Assembly (NCBI GenBank): GCA_951406725.2
Contig: OX597832.1
Location: 1,612,001 to 1,676,000 of the forward strand
DNA: 64,000 nucleotides
Reading direction: 5' to 3'
Source of the DNA: Octopus vulgaris
Taxonomy: Eukaryota
Notes under the pieces: generated by a model
Database searches by the model: none
What the model saw: only the letters and a program-made list of their open reading frames with translations
Told to the model about the DNA's origin: nothing
Made by a program: the position numbers and the translations under genes
Part shown: one piece after another, positions 1 through 12,020 of the stretch
Layout: every line of letters starts with the position of its first letter
How positions within the stretch are numbered: the first letter of the stretch is position 1

Positions 1-60
1 CATTTAATTGTAAACAAGACTGCCCCAAAATTCTGTCTGGACTGATTTAGTTGTGGAAGA

Positions 61-290
61 TTAACATATATTTTGAATGAATGTTTCTATGGTGCTGTCA
101 TTCTCAGATTTCTGCACTGAGTAGCCTGATGACTGACGAACTTTGAAACGTTGTAGCCAGCCTGTGGTCAGACTCTTATGTTTCATCGGCATAGATTCAT
201 TCAGTAACACTGACAACACTTTTCTTTCTGTAACATCAATGTATAAAATTAATGTATAAAACACAGCGTTGGATACATGTTCTTCAGTCT
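61..290 (-). mobile_element. Degenerate pogo/Tigger (CENP-B HTH) transposase fragment
   Basis: Translation contains TTGWLQRFKVRQ, resembling the GWLxRFKxRH motif of CENP-B-type HTH domains. Confidence 0.45.
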
Positions 291-729
291 CTTAGATAAA
301 TGCTGTATAATAGCGCCCCCAATTTTATATCGGTGACGATAGCTTTTCCTAGTAATATCTTATATAAATGTCCTTTTCTAGCTACTATTCCCCTTCCTGT
401 ATCGTTCTGCGCACACAGTTTAGTACTGACTCTACCGTTTTGTTTATAATAATTAAAAGTGATTTTGAATAACTGAAGAACGAAGAACATATTACGTTAC
501 ATAAAGGTATTACCAACACTGGTGCACCGGCAGAAACTTTTGTTCACCCTTAAATTACTAGGTGTCTGTCTGTCTGATAATTTGTTATCAGCTTGTCTAT
601 TTAAACGATATTAAAAGGATTTTATCATATGAAAATAACTGATACACTGAATGATTTAAATGCAAAGCAAAATCAGTGGTGTTTATGTACACGTGTTACA
701 AGCAATCAAGTTTACTGTGAAGAAAGTTG

Positions 730-1140
730 TGAAGAGAACATCATTGACAATTAAACAGGAGGTGAGGTATAGTGTACAAATGATGGGCAAAAACATTAAA
801 GATTGTACTTGAGTACAAGATTCGAAAAGCAACAGTGTCCTACATCAAAAACAACAAGACTGATGATTAGAAATTAATCAACCAAAGTGGCACTTCCGTT
901 GCATTAAAATAATTTCACTAAGCAAATGAAAGAGGAACAATTCAACCAAACTAAAATTTTGTGATTTACTTACAAACATAAAACAGGGTTTCTTGACTCT
1001 GCTCCGATACCAGTTTATGAATGAACTTATGCCGATAAGTCAATCGTATCATCGGAGGGCGTTTCAAAGATCACCATGGCATCAGGCCACTCAGCGTACT
1101 TGGACTGTAGAAGTTTTTGGATGATAGTACCATTAAAAAC
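730..1140 (+). mobile_element. Highly degraded Tigger/jerky-like transposase N-terminus
   Basis: Frameshifted fragments RTSLTIKQEV / EYKIRKATVSYIKNNK / GRFKDHHGIRPLSVLG. Confidence 0.35.
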
Positions 1141-1478
1141 AGAAACACAAACCCATCGTTCATAAATTAGGACTTGTCTGAGTTAAGTGTTGTGTTAATC
1201 CAACAAATCAGACAAGAAATTATTACTCATAAAATACATTTCCCAAAAGTAGACATGAATGACATATCTGCTGTTTTCATTCTGCTCTCTGTAAAAAATT
1301 CTGTCTGCCGTCCTATTATTGTACACTTACTGTTATATTTAGTAAGTGTTGGACTCGAGTAATGTACCATTGTTGACAATACGGTGTCAATTTGAATTGT
1401 CAGGTGGAGCCGTCGAGTGTTTGTTTCTTCAGTCAAATACATCAAAACTATAGCCACTCTATCAGAGATCCATTGCAG

Positions 1479-1685
1479 TAATAAGGTTGGTTTCAAATTT
1501 TGGCACAAGGCCAGCAATTTCGGGAGTGAGGGCAAGTGTTCAACTGGTACTTATTTTGTCGACCCCGAGAGGATGAAAGGTAAAGTCGACCTTGGCGGAA
1601 TTTGAACTCAGAACGCAAGGATAGACAAAATGCCGCTGAGCGTTTTGCCCGGCAAGCTAACAATTCTGCCTGCCAGCTCACCGCC
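1479..1685 (-). mobile_element. tRNA-derived SINE, octopus-type family A
   Basis: Shares the core gtcgaccccgaaaggatgaaaggyaaagtcgacctcggcggaatttgaactcagaacg with other copies in the window; B-box-like GTTCAAATT on the minus strand. Confidence 0.85.
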
Positions 1686-4479
1686 TTGCAATAGTAATAA
1701 TATTGCCTTACATGTTACTACCGTCCTCGATGAAGAGAATGCAGACGCCGGACTCCCGCAAATTATCAAGTCATTCCCATTTGAGAACACTTTATTCATG
1801 ATCGCTAATTCAGTATCAAGCAGTCAACAGTCTGATTTGAGAACATAAAGACTGTGTAAATATGCTTTTTGCGTAATTATGCTCAAGGTTACTACTTTCC
1901 TTGTTTACTATTATTTATTCAATCAATCAGTAATCACTATATTACTTTTACGAATAAAACTATATTACTGAAGAAGCATACTCCCCTATCTCTCTGCCAC
2001 TCAGTCCGTGTGTGTGTGTACCACTTCTTTACCTGTTGAAATCAGAGTCTATGGTCACAACACAATTTAGGGCGACCTCATTTGAAATTTAAAACCAGAA
2101 ATGAAATGAGAACCTTTTATCTGCCCTATATAAAAACCAGTATGTGTTGCGTTTGGGAGAAGGATAGTTGATGAGGTCGATAATGGTAAATATTTTTGCG
2201 TTTCTAGATAGTGATGTTTATTTCTGTATTCTAAAATTGTATTGTCTTCTGTTGATTTACGAATATCTTTTCTGATATGTATATACAGAGGCTTTCTCCC
2301 TTGTGATGGGGCTTTTCTGAGCGTAATTAGGAATATTAGTTGACCTCTCGTTCTAGCTGTAAACATATCTTTCGAAATATTAAAGCTACTTATATGCAGT
2401 CTGCGATGATAGAATTTATTATTTCCATAAAGACGTTTTTAGGTCATTAATTGCAACGTTTTCAAATAATTTTTGTCATTTATACAATGATTGATTTTCT
2501 ACGTGAAATCATCGGAATTTTAAAATGATTTCTGTGTGGACCTATGATAATAAGAATGCTTCCTCTTTCATCGTTGTTGTGGTCGTCACTCTTATTATTT
2601 CTGGACACTAGCAGGCAAAATCTTTGTGCATCGGAAAATATGCTTTGCAGTATTTGCTCTGGCTTTTCATGCTCTGATTTCAATTTTGTTTTTGAAGTTG
2701 ATAAAATAAGTACTAGTCAAGTACTGTACTGGAAACCGTGGCATCGAATAACACTCCTCCCATCAAAGCTACTAGATTTGTGCTGAAACCAGAAAACCAT
2801 TATTTCTGATTTTTAGAGTCCTTTGTCCGGAAATCTTTCGTTACACATCCTGTGACCTCTTCAGCAATTCTCCAGCACACATATCTTCCGTTCTTTTCAG
2901 TCTGTTATTTCTGTAATGTGCATTTATTGGAAGATTGTAAGATAGAATTTAATTCTTTAGTTTCATTTTATTTTGTTTTATTTTTCACAACCAATGCCAT
3001 GTTGGATTGTTACCTTCAGTCTGTGTATATATTCGAAAACATATTTTTAATTGTGAGGTTTCAGTTTCTTCTTTTCGTGTAGAGTTATGGTTCTTGTCTT
3101 TTTCCGATAATTTATCATCTGGAAGAGACCTTGCTCTGTGTCGAGCCATAACGGTCCATCAGCATTCAAGCTATAAATGCCTCATCTCATTTTCTGGTAT
3201 ATAACATTTATTTTTGAAGACGGAAGGATTAAAATTTGTTTGCCATAACATAACGGCTGTTACATTTGCTTGAATTGAAAATAGATTTTTCATAGTTCTC
3301 TGCTAGTTGGAGAAACCTATAATTTGTACGCTAACGCTTGAAGAGCTGCGCCAAATTTTTTCAAGTTGCCTAATAAAATACTAATGAACTCGAGTGATGA
3401 TCTATCACCATAGAACACTTAATATTTTGTATTTTGAGCCAAAAGAGCTGCAACAATAAAAAAAAAATTCTTCTTTAAAAATGTTACGGTTATATTCTCC
3501 GAAATTTATACAGTTTAACACCAAAACTTTGCTTTTTATCATAAAAGCATTAAAGCATTTTTACATTGAATTGTTAAGGATATTAAACTTTAAGGTAAAC
3601 TGTTGTCTTAATAAAGAGTCGGAGATACGGTTGGTAAAATATGCTCTAATAGCGAAGATGAAAATTTCAATTCGTCTGATTTTGAAATTGGTTTTGAAAG
3701 TTTTGGACACAATAAAAAGGTGTTTTATTTATTTTAATTTTATATGGCAATTAGTGAGCGATAATGTAGTTGGTTTCACATTTTTACCTGGCAAACAACT
3801 GGCAATGTGAGTAATAAATGAGGTCTGCAACTCGATACAGAAGGAATATATCAAAGGACCATATTCGTAAATCACTTGATTTTTGTTTTGTTTTTATTAC
3901 CACGCCGATATTTACATCATTCGTCGATATATATTGGAAAAATTAGTCCCACAAACACGATCACATATGTACATATTTACGACAGGATTCAAAACAGTTT
4001 CCGTACAGCGGGAACGTAATTCTGCTGTGCAGCGGGGACGAACCAGGAATCACACGGTAGTGAAGTGAACTTCCTAGTCGCATAGCCAGTAATTCATAAA
4101 TGTATTTTTATCTCTAAACTGATTTTAGTTATTCACTCAAATATGGAATTCAGATGAGTGTGATACCACAATAGGAAAATGCTTTTTATTTTCCGGCAGT
4201 TCAAATGATAAAATTAAATTTTTTTAATAAATCAAAAATTCCCCATTGCATTTGATAAAAGTACAGGAGATTTATATTGAAAATTTGACTTGATAAATAA
4301 TGAATTTAATGTTTCCAAACCTCTCTGTTCACTGTCATAAAAAAAAATGTCAAAATCTCTTGATTGTCTGTTTGAAGGAATAAATGAACTTGATCCCAAG
4401 AGATTTGCAAATATGATGGACAAGTCCACTGATTTATACATATGCAAAACCAATACAGGTTTTTGGAACAATGGAACTA

Positions 4480-4668
4480 CTAAATTGAATCAAATCCTTC
4501 TGAATGTTTCCTGTCAGGTCTGATTGATAAAAATTTGTTATAATATTACCATTAATTATTTTACTCCCTTTTTGACATAAATATGCTCACCTCTGTCTTA
4601 TAAATAGCCAAAGCTCCCAATCCACTGCAGCTAGCTTCCGTGATTTTACTCGTTTTTGCCATATCCGA
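4480..4668 (-). CDS. Two candidate terminal exons (4591-4668, 4480-4519) of an unidentified host gene
   Basis: Acceptor ttttcattttAG, 78-nt exon, donor GTGAGC, ~70-nt intron, acceptor tttttatcaatcAG. One spliced frame reads RIWQKRVKSRKLAAVDWELWLFIRQRPDRKHSEGFDSI*. Confidence 0.4.
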
Positions 4669-5172
4669 CTAAAATGAAAACATATAATCATTGTCATTTG
4701 CTGATGCATATATTATATAAAATAGGCAACACTATTTCATATTGATCAAGAAATGTTTAAATCGATCAGCCGGGTATTTCTGAGTAATAATTTGTACGAA
4801 GATTTTTAGTTTTCTATACTATTAAGCGTATATTTTTGTGAATCTACTTAGTGATTATCTCATCCCTACTTCACCAGATACGGTGAACTGTGATTAGTTG
4901 AATAGATCACAGTAGGACCCACACCAATATAATTAAAATATTAAGATTATAGTAGTAGCTGTGTTAAGCAGTGATGACAAATAAACAAACTTTTGGTTAG
5001 TTCAAAAATATTTGATATATTTTAATTTATAAAGGCAATTTCACTGCAGTTTATAGCAGATAAAAAATTCTCGTTTTCTGGCTCATTAACCACCCCAGTA
5101 GGAGATACAGAAAAGAGATAATCTTGATCAGGTTAGAAAGCTGTAGCTTTATTAATGGAACTGTCAATATTG

Positions 5173-5567
5173 TTTTCTACTCTAGGAACAAGGCCCGAAA
5201 TTTTTGGGGAGGTGGGGGAGCAGTCAATTAGATTGACCCCAGTACGTAACTGGTACTTAATTTATCGACTCCGAAAGGATGAAAGGTAAAGTCGACCTCG
5301 GCGGAATTTGAACTCAGAACGTAGAGACAGACGAAATGCCTATTTCTTTATTGCCCACAAGGGGCTAAACACAGAGGGGACAAACAAGGACAGACAAAGG
5401 GATTAAGTCGATTATATCGACCCCAGTGCGTAACTGGTACTTTATTTATCGACCCCGAAAGGATGAAAGGCAAAGTCGACCTCGGTGGAATTTGAACGCA
5501 GAACGTAGCGGCAGACGAAATACTACAGAGCATTTCGCCCGGTATGCTGTTTCTGCCAGCTCGCCGC
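5173..5567 (-). mobile_element. Dimeric/tandem SINE family A
   Basis: Two consecutive copies of the family A core with different tails. Confidence 0.85.
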
Positions 5568-5705
5568 TTTATGGAACAATCAATATCAGTAATTGACTTG
5601 GGCTCGCAGAACCATCATGAATTAATAGTTAATCTATGAGTTGAGAATATGATTGCGTCAAATAGAATGAATGTAATTATCCTCTGTGTATTAATTTTTT
5701 TTTGT

Positions 5706-5760
<55 letters not shown>

Positions 5761-5967
5761 GTGAAATAGAAAGATGAATAATCTTGTAGTAGATTAATCA
5801 AAAGTTTAACCGATACCTTAGTAGCAAAAATCACAGCAGTAAAACAGCACGGTTGGAGGTACAACCATATGGTGTTGCAACCGTGCGTTGGTGCGGATAA
5901 TTGAAATTAGAACATTATTGGTGAATTGAAGAAATGGAGCTGAACGCAGATTGAACAGAAATCGTTT

Positions 5968-6061
5968 TATTTCATTCTACACGTGTTTCGAAAGGCACAA
6001 ATTACCAAAATCCGATGGAATAATGGGACCATATTGTGTCTTTCTCTTCAGGAAGAAAATA
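5968..6061 (-). ncRNA. Type I hammerhead ribozyme motif
   Basis: Reverse complement of the motif at 7142-7235. Confidence 0.8.
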
Positions 6062-6443
6062 GGAAATCCGTTGGAAAAACAAAAACAGAACAGAGGCGGA
6101 GCAAAAACAAATCGAACTATGCTCCTAAGAGCCCATGGCGAAACTGTTTATCAGTGTATGTTGAGAACCGGTGGCTGAAGAATTCAACGGGTCAGGCATC
6201 GGTCAATCATGTGGGTGAGGGGGCGTAGATGTTCTTTGTGACCGAGAATAAAGTTCTGACTATTTAAGGAATATTGGATGTTTTATAAGGGGCGAGAAAA
6301 ATCTACTTAGAGACGTGTGTGTGTGTATACTGTTCTATATACGTGTGTGTTGGCGTAGGGGTAGAAAACATTTTTTGTGTACGTGTGTGCGTTTGATCGT
6401 TCGGCTGTCAGTGGCTACTGCCGTGATGACCGTTGGGTGGCAG

Positions 6444-6474
<31 letters not shown>

Positions 6475-7141
6475 CATCATGTTTTATGTGTGTGTGTGTT
6501 CTCATCTAAACCTGCCTTGTTACACTTATCTGGCTTTTAAATAGCGTTTATAAATAATACCGGCACCCATAACCCTTGGTAACAAATTCTGTAATAGCCT
6601 TTAAGATATCTACGATTAACCACTGCAAGGGGAATTACTCCTGTAAGACAAACGGGGCTTGGTTTTTTCACAGTGGGGGGTTTCCTTGACAAGGCAGGTT
6701 TAGATGAGAACACACACACACACATAAAACATGATGTATATTTTTTTTTTTTTTTTTTCTGCCACCCAACGGTCATCACGGCAGTAGCCACTGACAGCCG
6801 AACGATCAAACGCACACACGTACACAAAAAATGTTTTCTACCCCTACGCCAACACACACGTATATAGAACAGTATACACACACACACGTCTCTAAGTAGA
6901 TTTTTTCTCGCCCCTTATAAAACATCCAATATTCCTTAAATAGTCAGAACTTTATTCTCGGTCACAAAGAACATCTACGCCCCCTCACCCACATGATTGA
7001 CCGATGCCTGACCCGTTGAATTCTTCAGCCACCGGTTCTCAACATACACTGATAAACAGTTTCGCCATGGGCTCTTAGGAGCATAGTTCGATTTGTTTTT
7101 GCTCCGCCTCTGTTCTGTTTTTGTTTTTCCAACGGATTTCC

Positions 7142-7235
7142 TATTTTCTTCCTGAAGAGAAAGACACAATATGGTCCCATTATTCCATCGGATTTTGGTA
7201 ATTTGTGCCTTTCGAAACACGTGTAGAATGAAATA
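7142..7235 (+). ncRNA. Type I hammerhead ribozyme motif
   Basis: ttc-CTGAAGA-gaaagacacaa...ttgtgcctttc-GAAA-cacgtg-TA-gaa; intact core, 10 of 11 pairs in stem II, palindromic stem III acacgtgt. Confidence 0.8.
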
Positions 7236-7314
7236 AAACGATTTCTGTTCAATCTGCGTTCAGCTCCATTTCTTCAATTCACCAATAATGTTATATATAT
7301 ATATATATATATAT

Positions 7315-8787
7315 GTAAATGTAATATGTGACAATTATTCGGTAGCTATGATAAAACTCCGAGTTTTGGATGTCGAGGTGGGAATTACCTAAGGACGTGG
7401 TTTCGACGAAGAAATACGTGGTCCTTACAGAGGGTAATTTCAAAGCCAGGTTCAATAATCACACCTTGAGCTTCAGGCACTAGGATAAAAGGAAAACGAC
7501 CAAATTATCCAATCATATATGGTCCTTAAAAGATAAAGGTGTCAGTTACAACATCCATTGGAAGATCTAAGCCAAGTGTAATCCATACACCAACGGCAGT
7601 GGAAAGAGCGGTCTTTGTGATATGGAAAGATAGTTCATTTGAAAAAGCAGCTTAGACCCCGCTACATGTCTGAATTCAGGAACTGAACTTTTCGGTTCAT
7701 GCCCAATCGTGGCTAAATATTTGTTACGTTTTTAGACCCCACGAGATTACAGATAGGACTTGCTTTCTATATTGGGTCTACGTACAAGCTTTTTATCTCT
7801 TTATACTTTTTACTTATATTTCTCTTATATATTTTTATATATATTTATATTTTTATACATATATTTTTTACATATTTATAGAGATATTGTTTTATAGGTT
7901 TATTTCTCAAATATATTTTTTACACATGTTTTTCGATATTCTACCTTCCACCCTGTATTTTTCCCTGTGCGTATATAGACGTGTGGATGCGTGCATGTGT
8001 GCGCGCGTGTGGATGTGTGGATGTGTGCGGGTATGTACGTATATAGATGTGTTTTGCTCATTGTTTTTGATACAGTTTTTACATATTTTCCTGTATTTTG
8101 CCTTTAGCCCTGTTTTTTCTTGTGCATGTGCGTATATAAACGTGTGTATGAACTTTTTTGTGAGCGTGAGTGTGTGTGTGTTTGCGTATATAGACGTATG
8201 CGGGTATGCGCATATATAGACGTGTGTCTGTGCGTGCATACCGGTATGTGCGTATATAGACGTGTTTTACTTATATTGCTTATTTTTTAAATATTTCTTT
8301 ACACTTTTTTCTGTATTGTTGTCTTTAGCCCGGTTTTTTCTTGTACATGTGCGTATATAGACATGTGCATGAACCTTTTTGGTGCGCGTGTGTGTATGTG
8401 TGGGATTGTATATATATTTAGGGCGGGGGGACGAATGGTGTAGGTGAGAATGTGTGTGTTTCAAATGATGGTGTATACTTATAGGTGCATGTGTAGGTAT
8501 GGACATGCGCGCTTACGCAAATACTATGAACATTTTTACCCCCTTACTTTACTCCCTCCTTCACTTAGCCGGCATTCAAATAGCTCTTTTGTTTTAACAA
8601 CAGTCAATCACTCAGTAATTTCCCTTTGTTTAACGGTCATTTTTTATAGCATTTTTCCGATGGCCGGAAAGCTGAAGAGATGGCTTCTCGGAGTTTTATC
8701 ATGTCACATATTACATTTACGGATAAATTCCTCTATTTACATAATATCGAGGTCTCTTTCATTCTTTTATTGTCCTACCATTTCTAT

Positions 8788-8790
<3 letters not shown>
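7315..8790 (+). mobile_element. 5'-truncated Penelope-like element: GIY-YIG endonuclease pseudogene (7412-7734), 3' region, and short inverted terminal copy at the 5' end
   Basis: KYVVLTEGNFKARFNNHTLSFRH*DKRKTTKLSNHIWSLKDKGVSYNIHWKI*AKCNPYTNGSGKSGLCDME..LNSGTELFGSC; 7315-7365 is an inverted copy of ~8687-8720; (TA)n on both sides. Confidence 0.8.
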
Positions 8791-9140
<350 letters not shown>

Positions 9141-9162
9141 TATATATATATATATATATATT

Positions 9163-9960
9163 AGCAATAATAACAAAAGGTAAAATTCATTAATTAAGTA
9201 GTAATCAATAATTTCACCAAGTAGAATTCGGCATGATAAGGACCATTTCACGGTAAACTTAAGTAATACTTTATAATTAGGGTTCAGCAAAGATTTGCTT
9301 TACCACATGTATATGGCATGAAAGATGGAATATAAGAGAATTTATAATTTATCACGACAATTGTTTCGACACATCTAGCATCGATCCCTCATGGGTGGGA
9401 TACTCAACAACTGGTTCAGAAACATCCGGCAGTGCAGATTTTATCTTGTCTGGTGATAAATAGACACATCTTCATTTACATAGAAAAAGCCGTAGAGTAA
9501 GGTAACAGATATACATATAAATGTATATACATATGTATATACATATATATATTTATATATAAATTTCTTCCATATGTATGTGTGTGCGTGGGTATGTATT
9601 TTCTTTATAAAGCAATACGTAGCATATAAGCTATTAAAACATTAGTGTATATCTGTCATCTATATCTTTCTGTGTATGCTTATATTTAAAAATGTGTAAT
9701 AGAATAGTGTCACATAACATGGAAGGGTACATATATATACAATAAATGGGACCTGGTACAAAGTAATTTTTAGTACAGAGAGTGGGTATACGCTACAAAT
9801 CTGCAAATCTCCTCCCTGGGTTCCAAGTGTTCCAATGAGCATCTTTTGCACATATTGCTTTTTACTAGTGGTCTATCATTTCTGTTTTTTATATAATTAG
9901 GTCCTTAGCACAATATTCTTTCCCTCTACACCTTGAGATAGCTTAGATTTGACAGGCTAT
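9163..9960 (-). mobile_element. PLE remnant with decayed hammerhead (9348-9460)
   Basis: Minus strand tttatcac-CAGACAA-gata...tgtc-GAAA-caattg-TC-gtgataaa; starts at (TA)n; related copy at ~41030-41300. Confidence 0.65.
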
Positions 9961-11079
9961 CGTTAAAACTTTTGGACAACTGTGAATCGACCTCAAACAT
10001 TACAGAGGTATGGGCAAATATCCACTCCTCTCACTTGATTTTGATCTGGTTTCAGTCTTTACACTGACTTTACCATCCCCGACGATTTCCCATATTTCAC
10101 AAGTTTATCTTTTTATCCACACCACTTCGCTGCATCGATGAAGAGTCCTGCTGCTTGTAGTCTCTATACAGTTCTATGTTCGACGAGGTGAACTCAGACT
10201 TAGCGATTTCGTTTGCTTCCGCTAAGGCTATCCCCGGAGCTGCGACAGGCGGCTCTCTGGAAAAAACGGAGCAGCTTCCGCAGTCATCACCACTGGGAGT
10301 TGCTGTTCATTTTAATATTCTTCTGAAGTACTACAGTGGGTAACCATTAGATCTTCTACACAGCAATACCAATCTAATTAAGCTCCCCTCCGCTTCTTCA
10401 ACGAGGGAGAATTCCAGGATAGGGGTTGCAATCATCCGCGATCACCGCATGTCTATTCTATTATGCAAAAGAGACGACGAATCAATGTCAATATCGTGCC
10501 AGTATCTTTTGCCGCTACAGATGAGCAACAAATTATTTAATACCTGCAATATGAATTATATTCTCAATAAAAATTGTTGCAATACCGCCGCCAACAATTA
10601 AATTTACCTTAACGGTGACGACAACTAATGAAGCAGTGGCTGTAGTGGTTACCTTAGCGATAGAAAAGAAACATGTAATGTACTAGGAAAACTAGTAGTC
10701 AAATGAAATGCTTTTTAGTTTAATGAAGTGAATAGTTTTGTATCAGGTGGCCAACGCCAAACATCTAGGCATCTTCTTACGTCATTTACATGAAGTTTCA
10801 GTAATAGATGCCAAATCATCGAATTTGTTCGTATATTCCTACATTAACTGACTAATTGCTTTGCTTTTGTCAGAATAATATATAGTTAAGTCGTTGATAT
10901 CTACTGTGATGTAATGCTCTCATATTATTTACTCTTTCCATTCACATGCTTGTAAACCCATACATTTCTCTAAATATAATATATATTTATATACTATGAA
11001 CATATAAAGGAGGTATCCCAAAAAGCAATGGATACACACTTAATTTTCATTTCTTTTTCGATTTAACTCACTAGAAATA

Positions 11080-11277
11080 ATCCTTTCTACTCAAGGCACA
11101 AGGCCTGAAATTTTGGAGGAGGGCGAGCAGTCGATTATATCGACCCCAGTGCATAACTGGTACTTAATTTATCGACCCCGAAAGAATGATAGGCAGAATT
11201 TGAACTCAGAACGTAACGGCAGACGAAATACGGCTACGCATTTCGCCCGGCATGCAAACGATTCTGCCAGCTCGCCG
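11080..11277 (-). mobile_element. SINE family A with 9-bp target-site duplication
   Basis: Family A core; CTAGAAATA at 11071-11079 and 11278-11286. Confidence 0.85.
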
Positions 11278-11319
11278 CTAGAAATAGTGGAGCCAGACTA
11301 AGGTTTAAACAAAGCAAAT

Positions 11320-11530
11320 GTGTTACTAGAAGTTTGAAAATGTTGTCGAAGGAGTTAGGAAGAAACTTCAAATAGATCCATCTACTCAACTTAACACCAA
11401 TCGATTATTGAATAAGTTTGTAGCAGATGGAACTGTTCAGAATGTGCACAAGAAACGTTCCGAAAGACCGCGGACGTCGCCGAAGACTACTAAGCAAGAA
11501 AGGTTACTAGAAACTTATTGCAAGAGTTCA
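11320..11530 (+). mobile_element. Tc1/mariner-superfamily N-terminal HTH fragment
   Basis: LLNKFVADGTVQNVHKKRSERPRT resembles the KFxxTGxV...SGRPRT motif. Confidence 0.45.
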
Positions 11531-11799
11531 AGATGTACGCAGAGCTCTGAAACCGGACTGCACGAGCCCTTACAGTGTCCACGTATTACTGATTTGTGGA
11601 GTTTTGTCGAACAATTTTTTATTTGCGAGAATCATCGGTGTTTCATGGAAGTTTCCTGATTGGTCCTATGCAGCTATCTTTCCATTTTGGAGTTTTGTTT
11701 GTTGTTACACGTCAAAACATACCCTGCATCTTGTATTATATTTTGTATCTTTGATTTCTTGGGGTTAATAAAGAAATTATTATTATTATTATTGTTATT

Positions 11800-12020
11800 G
11801 AGTGAGAGAGCAGCACATGCCATCAAAGTGACTCTGGGGGAGTAATGCACGAAGTTCAATATACCCATCACGACTACACGTCTGATAAAGGTGCACTAAG
11901 CACATGCATCTCAGCCATATGTACGTGACATGGCGATCTCATATCAAGATAAACGGCACATGACCTTGCCAGTCGGACCCAGTTACAGTTTTCTTCAGGT
12001 CGAGTAGCCCATCCCGCTTA
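11800..12020. repeat. Interspersed repeat, probably a retroposon 3' end, adjoining a (TTA)n run
   Basis: Abrupt composition change after (TTA)n; family not established. Confidence 0.35.

Larger units (their letters stand above)
5757..7292. mobile_element. Fold-back non-coding PLE-type insertion between (TA)n arrays
   Basis: Inverted arms 5911-6520 and 6689-7292, visibly differing only in poly(A) and (GT)n length; 168-bp spacer; hammerhead in each arm. Confidence 0.85.

Noticed and set aside
2100-3400. Possible very old LINE remnant on the minus strand; similar traces at 21560-22520
   Set aside because: Too decayed for a diagnostic motif by eye
5951-7252. Identical 75-aa and 81-aa ORFs on opposite strands
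   Set aside because: By-product of the palindrome; no recognisable domain
10129-10144. gcatcgatgaaga resembling 5.8S rRNA
   Set aside because: Only 13 nt match and the flanks are not rRNA-like
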